This document shows, piece by piece, positions 50,175-64,000 of a stretch of 64,000 nucleotides of DNA. The notes beneath the pieces were generated by a model. The model was not told where the DNA came from, ran no database searches, and saw only the letters and a program-made list of their open reading frames with translations. The stretch lies in NCBI RefSeq assembly GCF_009914755.1, contig NC_060931.1, one strand, 5' to 3'. Source of the stretch: the human T2T-CHM13v2.0 reference genome, Homo sapiens. Each line of letters begins with the position of its first letter. Position 1 is the first letter of the stretch. A program made the translations under genes and the position numbers.

Positions 50175-52402
50175 GAGAGGCAGAGCAAGATGACCAAATA
50201 GAAGGCTCTACAGATCATCCCCTTTCCAAGGACACCAATTTAACAGCTATTTACACAAAACTGGCACCTTCATAAGAGCCAAAAGTTAGGTGAACACTCA
50301 CCTGACCTGGTTTTGAATTCATAATGCTGAAAGAGGCATTACAGATGGTAGAAATGGCTATTGCCACCCCTTGCCCATTCCCTGGCATCAGCCTCACAGC
50401 ATGGAGAATCTGTGCACCCAGGAGAGGGAGAACACAGAAATTCTGAGACATGGCATTGAACTCAGTGCTGCTCTGTCACAGCAGAAAGCAAAACCAGGCT
50501 AAACTCAGCTGATGCAAATTCTGGCAAGCCTTGCGACCATCAGGGCTAATGTATTCTGGGGCCTTAAATAAACTTGAAATGCAGTCTAGGCCACAAATAC
50601 TGACACTCCTAGGTGAGTCCTAGTTCTGACCTGGGCTCAGAGCCAGTGGACTTGAGGAAGGCACAAGACTTACTGAGACACCAGCCCAGGCAGCTAAGTA
50701 AGTGCTTGCGCCACCCCTCACCCAAACCCAGGCAGCATGGCTTGGGACTCTAAAAGAGACCCCTTCTCTACCCTGAAGGAGAGAAGGGGAGATGAAAGAG
50801 TAAAGAGGTCTTTGTGTTGCATCTTTGATACTAGGTCAGTCACAGTAGGACAGGGCACTAGTCAGACACATAAGGCCCCCTTTCCAGGTCCTAGTTCCCA
50901 GATGACATTTCTTGACACACACTGGGCCAGGATGGAACTTGCTATCTTGAAGGGAAGGATCCATCCTTGGCAGGAGCCAACACCTGCTGAGTGATGAGCC
51001 CTTGGACCCCAAATAACCAGCAGCAATACCCAGGTCGTACACTGTTGGCCTTGGGTGAGACCCTGAGACTAGCTGGCTTCAGGTGAAATGCAACACAGTG
51101 CCAACTGTGGCAGCTATGGGGAGAGACTCCTTCTGCTTGAGATAAGCAGAGGAAACAGTAAAGGGGAGTTTGTCTTGCATGCTTAGGTACCAGCTCAGCC
51201 ACCATGTGTTAGAACACCAAGTGGGCTCTTGGAGTGCCTTATTCCAGGCTTTGGCTCTCAGATGGCATTTCTAGACCTGCCCTGGGCCAGAGGGGATCCC
51301 ACTTCCCCGAAGGGTGAGTCCTAGGCCATGCAGCACTCACCACAAGCTTACTTAAGAGGTTAGAGCCTTAAGTGAACATCAGTGGGTAGCCTGGGAGTAC
51401 TCCTTGTGAGCTGATTATGATGGTAGCCATGTGGTGAAGCTCTTCTATATGTCAGCAGAGAACAATCTGAAAAAGAAATCAAGGAATTAATCCCATTTTC
51501 AATAGCCATAAATAAAATAAAATACCCAGGAATAAACTTGGCCAAAGAAATTAAAAATGTCTACAATGAAAACTATAACACATTGATACAAGACATTGAA
51601 AAAGACACATAAAGTTCATGTGTTAGAAGAAGCAATATTGTTAAAATGTCCATACTACCCAAAGCAATCTATAGATTTCATGTAACCTCTATCAAAATAC
51701 CAAAGACATTCTTCATAGAGATAGAAAAACAATCCTAAAATTTATCTAGAACTACAAAAGACCCAGAGTAGCCAAAGCTATCCTAAGCAGAAAGAACAAA
51801 ACTGGTGGAATCATGTTACCTGACATTAAATTATACTACAGAGCTATAGTAATCAAAACATCCTGGTACTGGCATAAAAACAGACCCTCAAGTCAGTGGA
51901 ACAGAATAAAAAATCCAGAGATAAATCCATACATCTACAGTGAATTAATTTTTCACAAAGGTTGCCAAGACAGTCTCTTCAATGAATGATGCTGGAAAAA
52001 ACTGGATATCCATATGCAGAAGAAAGAAACTTGACCCTATCTCTTTCCATATGCAAAAAACAAATGCAAATGGATTAAAGACTTAAATCTAAGACCTCCC
52101 ACTATGAAACTACTAAAAGAAAATATTGGGGAAACTCTCCAGGACATTGGACTTGGCAAAAATTCCTTGAGTAATACCCCACGAACACAGACAACCAAAG
52201 CGAAAATGGACAAATGAGATCACATCAAGTTAAAAAGCTGCACAGCAAGAGAACAATCAACAAAGTGAAGAGACAACCTACAGAATGGGAGAAAATATTT
52301 ACAAACTCCCCTTCTGACAAGGAATTAATAACCAGAATACATAAGGAGCTCAAACATCTCTATAGGAAAAAATATAGTAACCTAATTTTAAAAATAGGCA
52401 AA
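50175..52402 (+). mobile_element. L1MA-type 5' UTR fused to late ORF2
   Basis: gcaagatgaccaaatagaag 5' end; jump at ~51440 into ORF2. Confidence 0.82.
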
Positions 52403-52403
52403 A

Positions 52404-52600
52404 CAGGCATGGTGTTGCACACCAGTGGTTCCAGCTGTTCACAAGGCTGAGATAGGAGGATTGCTTGAGCCAGAGAGGTGGAAGATGCAGTGAGAAGAGA
52501 TCATACCACTGCACTCCAGATTGGATGACAGAGCAAGATCTTGTCTCACCAAAAAACAGCAATGACAACAACAAAACCTGAAAGAGCAACAACAACAACA
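52404..52600 (+). mobile_element. AluJ right arm or FRAM
   Basis: Monomer with a CAA-rich tail. Confidence 0.8.
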
Positions 52601-52767
52601 AACTTCCTACTCTTTCTATCCATAATAAAACATTATATTTGTATACAATGCCATTATATTTGTTTACAATGCTCCATCACTTTAAAGGTAAAAAATACTT
52701 TGACATCTTATCACATCTCATCACTTGTAATGCAGCATATTACACACGTTTTGTTTTCTTCATTTAC

Positions 52768-53039
52768 TGAAGGGAGAATCCTTTTATAGAAGTTAATTTT
52801 GTTTCTCTTCAAGCTTGAGATCTTATTGGAAATTGAGAGCAAGGAAGTAGTCAGTCATGACCTGGAAAAATACTAGAAGAAATGTGGCATATTTGGCCTG
52901 TCTTCATACTTAGCTTTGTGAAAACAGAGAAGCAGAAGGGCACAGAGAAAACAGTTAGCTTAGGAGTTTATCAGATGAAATCCCTAGATCTTTTATTGAA
53001 GCTAAAATTACTGATGTAGAATTTCTACTCTTGCAATGT
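52768..53039 (-). pseudogene. Module I exon: S1-S2 transmembrane segments
   Basis: Acceptor ttatttcag|53039, donor ttca|gtaaat. Reads KLLS*LFSLC, KYATFLLVFFQVMTDY, and after a frameshift KRNKINFY (cf. ILSYFAFLC..ECAIYLWLFSLV..KIKVW). Confidence 0.6.
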
Positions 53040-53469
53040 CTGAAATAAATGGATTTTAGCTCTACTTTTCTAAAGAAAAAAAGTTCTTCTTCCATAAACA
53101 CACATTCAGATTTGAAATAGAAATTGCCTTATATAGAATCTGGAAGTCAACTTTTCTAAGTTTTATGAACTTATGATTACTTTCCCTTTATTTTTGCATG
53201 TTTTTCTCTTTAAACCTTCAATTAAGTTATGGTATAAAGCATACTGTTTATTTTAGGTAATAAAATATTGGATACTATTGAGTTTTGTAGCCTTTTTGGT
53301 TAAATCATTGTTAAATTACTGACCCATATACAGTAATTTTTTCCCTCATTTTGTCGTTTGATGAAAGTTGTAAGCTCTTTAATGAATCAGTTTTCTAGCC
53401 TTATTGTACTTCTCAATTTTAATGTTTCATTATGTATGGTTTGGCACCCCAGATAGCCCATTTTAGAGG

Positions 53470-53740
53470 TTTACTTCTCTAAAAAGAAGTGATTCATTTT
53501 CATGTTATGAAAATTAAAAAATCAATGTGGACTTGCTCATGCATAGCAAACCCACCTTAATTATGTAGCTTCTGCAAGTGAGGTAACTGAATTAATTCTT
53601 GCCTGTCTTGACTCCTTATATAAATAAGAGCCAGATTATCTTATATATAGATTCAGGGCAAGCTCTTCTTCGATACTTAATTACCTCTCCCATGCTATCT
53701 TCCTTAATGATAGTGTATGAAGTCAATTCTGCAACATCCT
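53470..53740 (-). pseudogene. Module I exon: MHR4 end / pre-S1
   Basis: Follows a 73-nt GT-AG intron (53813-53741). Contains FSYLTCRSYIIKV (cf. FVSHGGIQAFLTKVW / FIAHTCSQMLLTDMW). Confidence 0.55.
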
Positions 53741-53813
53741 CTGTGATAGCATACATACAAATTATTTAATGTTGTAAAGACTACACATCCTTTGGTCTGG
53801 GACTTTTACTTAC

Positions 53814-54221
53814 TTTGAAATGGCTAGATGTGTTTTTCATACTTTCCCGTTTATTGGAACTTGCTGTTTCCTCTTCATAATGTTAGTTTTCCATCAGAGT
53901 ATATGCAAGCAATGCACAGTAGTTTTCTTGTACTGTCACTTTTTCACTAAATTTTTTGGCTTTTTTTTTTTTGCATTATTTGTTTCAAGAAAAGGGAATC
54001 TCTCATGTTATTGTCATTCTTAATAGGTCATGTTATAGGCACATACCTATTAAAAGATTTTGTTATCTCATATTTCTCTATAATCCAGTAACAAATAAGA
54101 TCAGTCCTTTTTCATTGAGTATGTCACATTTCCTTTTTACCAGATTAGTTTACAATCACAAAATCAGAAATATAACTTTCAGAATCCCCCAGATGTTATA
54201 AATTGTATTAAATTATAAAGT
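53814..54221 (-). pseudogene. Module I exon: MHR3/MHR4
   Basis: Acceptor gcctacag|54221, donor ttcaaa|gtaagt. Reads NLIQFITSGGF*KLY, MRDSLFLKQIMQKK (cf. IRDLLIWAIVQNRR), ENYCALLAYTLMEN*HYEEE..RESMKNTSSHFK. Confidence 0.7.
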
Positions 54222-54705
54222 CTGTAGGCATGCAATTAATGTTTTCTGAAATATTCAAATTATTTATTCTTAAAATATAGGTTGTGTGTCATTTATGAAA
54301 GATATGATCTAAGTGTCTTAAAAAAATCAGCTTATTACATTGATAGGATAAGATGAACATTTTACTAAATCATGTTGATTGTCAGATATTTATTTTCAAA
54401 AAGATCAAACTAAATTTATGCCTCACACATCAAAGATAAATTTCAAATACATTTTATACCTAAATGCACTAGAAGAAAACAGGTAAGTTCCTTTATAATC
54501 ATAATGCAGGGAACATTTGAGCTTCAACTTGAAAACTAAAGCCATTTCAAACATTCCGTAAATTAAACTACTTAATACATCTTAAATATCCTATGTTAAC
54601 AGAAGAGTAGCCAGGAAGGAAGCACAATTTGCATTCCAAAATGTGGTATCTAAATATATTTTCCTACTGAAAGCAATGATGATGGGTCTCCAGGGAGACC
54701 CGGCT

Positions 54706-54837
54706 GAACAATGAGAACACATGGACACAGATCATGTGTTGATAGGTGCAGCAAACCACCATGACGCATGTATACCTACGTAACAAACCTGCACATTCTG
54801 CACATGTATCCCAGAACTTAAAGTTAAAAAAAAAAAA
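54706..54837 (+). mobile_element. Short L1PA7/8-like 3' end within an L1MC4-like 3' region
   Basis: aacctgcacattctgcacatgtatcccagaacttaaag followed by poly(A). Confidence 0.85.
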
Positions 54838-56315
54838 GTCAGTGTTTTGTTAAGAAGAGAGCCACAGTTCCTGTTATTCTCCCATTGTTACAGAGAATCT
54901 TGCAGTGGGCAGAGTGCTATAAAGAACACCTGGCGTATATGTGCGTTTTGAAGAGTCCATTCTGTTTGTAAGGGCAAGCCTTGACAGCAGCCTTGTCAGT
55001 AAAGGTAAAACTATTGAGGCACCAACAAGTTTGCACTTAGATGTCACTGTACATTACTATTAGAGTTTTCTGAAAATTCCAAATATCTAGTGTAGAGGCA
55101 CAGAGAGAAGACGACAATCAATCCCATAATATTTTCAGTTTGCAAAGAAGTGGGGATCACTGATTCTAGCTTGCTCTTGATCTAGCCAAGTAGAGAAAGA
55201 GTTCAATGTCATTTTCAGACAAACTACATTATTATGCTTCATCCCCTGAACCAAAGTGTCATTTGAACAACAAATATTAACCATATTTTTAAAACTTGAT
55301 CTAGTATTAGGTCCATATTCAAAGTTATCTCAAAGACAATATTTAATGCTGGTTTCTTAAAACTAAATCATATCAGATTAATGTAAATGTAAGTTCTGAA
55401 TGTTGACTTGGTTTTTGATAAGTTACATGTCTCTTAACCTATGCCAATCCCTGGGAACATTTTTATGTTATTGTTTAAATGCATTAAGTATTTAAAAAAA
55501 AAAGGTCAATTTTTTTTAAGTCAAAACTTTTAGATGTGTTTTTTTTTGTGGGATATAATTCATGTGGTAAATACTTTCACTGCTTATTTAAAATGGGAGT
55601 TAGATTGAAATGATCAAAGAGATTTGGACTGGATATTTTAACAAGAATACTCCCTAAGTTGCATTGTGTATTTTGTTATTCAAATGCAGCAGAAGACATG
55701 CAATGTCTGAATGCCCCTCTATTAATGATGTTACGATCACTTAAAGTATTAACAGGTGGAGTTTTTTTATTGCAAGCTTCCATGTCCTCCTTTCAAATCA
55801 TATGTGATTTTTTCATCTAATATTTTGGCACTATGTATGTACTCAGTTTCACATAAACTTTCATCTAATAATTTTGGCACCCATCGATTTTTATTGTCTT
55901 AGTAACAATTTTCTAATTTTATAATTTCTTCTATATTAATCAGCTAGCATTATTCTATAAAGAAGAGCTTTCATGAATCAAAACACTATATGGACAAATT
56001 GAAAATATACGTCTAATTTGAAATGTGGAGCTAAAACTTGATTCTCTAAATGTAGTAAAATGCTTTTAGAATAAGAAGTTCGTTAGATAACTACTTCCTT
56101 TTGCTACAAATGAGGTAAATTTTTGTACTTTTTTCATGTTATTATGGATTTATATACATTAATGTTGAAAACATCCTGACTGTGGATAGTAGTATCTCTT
56201 TCATGATGGTCCTTGTATTCTGTTGATATGATACATTAGTTTTCTTCTCTTTCTGGTCTCTCAAGTCTGGTATTTCAAGTTATTCCAGGAATATTTTATA
56301 TAGATAGGCTTCAAG

Positions 56316-56519
56316 TACTGTCCAGTAGAACTTCTACATTAATGGAAATGTCCTACATTTCTATTACCCATTCAGATAGGCTTCACCTATGTGTGGCTAT
56401 TGAGCACTTGAAGTGCAGTTAGGGCAACTGAGGAGGTGTATTTTAAATTTTACTTAATTTGAACAAATATCAATTTTAATTACAATAATCGTGTCATTAC
56501 TGGCTACTGTGTTAGTCCA
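56316..56519 (+). mobile_element. MER3 (hAT-Charlie) MITE
   Basis: ctgtccagtagaac..atgtgtggctattgagcacttgaa..tggctactgtgtt. Confidence 0.78.
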
Positions 56520-56749
56520 TCAAGAAGGATAAATAAATAAGAAAAAAATAAAGAAGGTCGAGTAATAGAGTACTGGGATAAAAAGAAAAGAAAGGAAGGA
56601 TGAAGGAAGAAAGAAAAATAGATGTAGAAAAATACTTAAAATCAATAAAATAGGAGATTTTAAAAATAGTAAAATAATTTTAAAAATGTTATAATAATGG
56701 TATACCACGTGATTCTAGTGTATTAATATTGTATAGTTTTTCTATTTAT

Positions 56750-57241
56750 GATTTTAATATGCAAATTCAGAGATGGAATTTTGAACACAAGGTATTATCA
56801 GTTCTATCTGGTGTTGCCATTTGTCCTTGAAGAGGGTCTTGAATATGATCTGTAGAAAAGACTGACATAAAGCATCTCACTAACAGAAGGAATTTGTGAT
56901 GAACTTTCTTCTTAATCTAGATTAATTAGCTAGATTCTTAATCTAGTATCTAGCTAATGATACTAGATTAGCTCATTACTGGGTGCTTTTTTGTTTTCAT
57001 TTGAACACTTCATTTTACTAGTTGTGTCACGTAAACAGATGTCAATATAGTGTAAATTATATTAAGAGATACTACTGCTTGTATTGTATTCATTTTGTAA
57101 TTTAAGATTAGATGTTGCAATATCTGAATCCCATTCCCAATGGCGATACTTCAACATGAGTTTATAAGGGCCGTAACAATCATTCACATTTTGTACCAGC
57201 GTAGGTCACTCACTACTCCTGAATCAGTATGACAACTTCAT
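56750..57241 (-). pseudogene. Module I exon: end of SLOG/MHR2 plus MHR3
   Basis: Acceptor ctccctatgtctttctatag|57241. Reads DEVVILIQE, TLVQNVND, DSDIA (cf. PVVCVVLEGGPGTL..GSGRASDILA), then LQIIFKTLFKDKWQHQIELII (cf. TRPM8 DKDNWNGQLKLLL). 3' end approximate. Confidence 0.72.
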
Positions 57242-57374
57242 CTATAGAAAGACATAGGGAGATTATAAGGCAAGATGAAAGAAATGTAAGCATTCAAACT
57301 CCTTCTTTCAAACCAATTGGGAAGTGTTTTTTATCTGAGTTCTTAGTGGGTTAACTGAATTTCTTCTATGGAAC

Positions 57375-58117
57375 TGATAGGGACAGGAGGCAAGGAAATT
57401 CTGGGCAGAAGAGGGTGAGTCCCTAGTGAGTGCCTCACCCTCAAGCCTGGAACCGTGGCCCAAAAGGAGAACATGCATTCCTGTTTTCCTGCTCGAATGT
57501 TGCCTTTTCTAAAACCATGAAAGCCCCAGGCTCCACTGGGAGAGAGAGGAGAAGAGGAGAAGAAGTGGGACATTAGAGACTATGGTTGGTTGGAGGCTGG
57601 AGAGAAGCAGCTTTACTTCAGAGAAACAGCTTGACCACTTGCTTCCAAGAGGAGTCAGGCAGTAGATGGTTAGACTCTGGGGAAATGTTATTTTCCTACT
57701 CCATCCCCTTTTCAGCTCCCCTTCCCACTGAGAATCACTTTCGATGGCAATAAAATCCCTACATTTACCATCTCTAATTTGTTCGTGTGACCTCATTCCT
57801 ACCGAGTGCTGGTCAAGAACTCCAGTGCAGGTGCAAAAGGCTGTCACACTGACCCTCCACTGAGCTGTTAACACTTAAGTCATCCACGGGTGGCAAAGCT
57901 AAAAGAGCACTTACTGTAACACTTTTTCTGGGGCTTCGGTGGTTGCAGGCACCCCCCTACAGGCTGCTGCGGGGCTGCACAGAATTTTGCTCCTGCTGGC
58001 AACCAAAAGTGTTCGCCCCAGGTCCTGTACTTGTGATCCCCCTCTTGCAAGGGGTGCAATGCAGCAGGACCCTAGCGAGTGGAGTCGGCCCCTGCTGGCA
58101 CAGAAGAGGCTGACTAG
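57375..58117 (+). mobile_element. ERV1 LTR of the LTR1/27/28 group, 3' end missing
   Basis: TGATAGGGACAGGAGGCA..AAATTCTGGGCAGAAGAGGG start. Confidence 0.75.
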
Positions 58118-63142
<5,025 letters not shown>

Positions 63143-63183
63143 AGATTTGTTCCTTAAAAGCATCTTAGGAACACATTTGTTTT

Positions 63184-63539
63184 TGTCAGGTCTGGCTGCT
63201 ATAACAATACTATAGTCTGTAGACATAGAAACATTTATTTCTCATAGTTCTGGAGTATCCAGTTAGAAGATCAAGACACCACCAGATCTGGTGTCTAGTG
63301 AGGGTAATCTTCCTGGTTTGCAAATAAATGTCTTCTTGCTGTGTCCTCATATGTTGGGGAGCAGACAGAGAAGAAGCAATCTGTCTGGTGTCTTTTTATA
63401 ATGGCTCTAACCTACCCATGAAGGCTTCACTCTTATGACTTGATTACCACTCAAAGTCCCCACTTCCTAATACCATCACTTTGGGGGTTAGGATTTCAGC
63501 ATATACATTTTGGGTGGATGCAAATTTTAGTCCACAGCA
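63184..63539 (-). mobile_element. MLT1A/MST-like MaLR solo LTR
   Basis: atttatttctcatagttctggag..cctaataccatcactttggggg. Confidence 0.8.
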
Positions 63540-63561
63540 ATAATTATTTCCAATCAGATGA

Positions 63562-63914
<353 letters not shown>

Positions 63915-64000
63915 TAAAAACAACTATATGGGCTACAATCTACACATACCATACAATTCATCCATTTTATTTATTCAATTTAAAGCTTGTTTTGTATATT

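Overview
Primate (human-like), AT-rich, repeat-dense genomic DNA with no intact protein-coding gene; almost every long ORF in the supplied track is Alu, L1 or LTR derived. Repeats include a full THE1A provirus, about 17 Alus, young L1PA2-4 and old L1M copies, several solo LTRs, a split ERVL internal region, L2 and MER3. The main result comes from hand-translating the unique DNA between repeats on the minus strand. It holds heavily decayed exons, many with AG/GT boundaries, whose stop- and frameshift-riddled translations match TRPM-family channel motifs in the expected order (SLOG/MHR1-2, MHR3, MHR4, pre-S1, S1-S6, TRP helix). The module occurs three times head-to-tail: I about 57.4-48.8 kb, II about 44.1-22.4 kb (traced only to S1), III about 19.7-16.5 kb and intronless. 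Candidate C-terminal exons follow at 14.4-0.9 kb. This looks like a fossil TRPM-like gene array, or one concatenated multi-repeat TRPM-like gene, and is not recognisably any of TRPM1-8. All homology calls are by eye from remembered family motifs and need HMM/tBLASTn confirmation. Repeat subfamily names and many boundaries are approximate.
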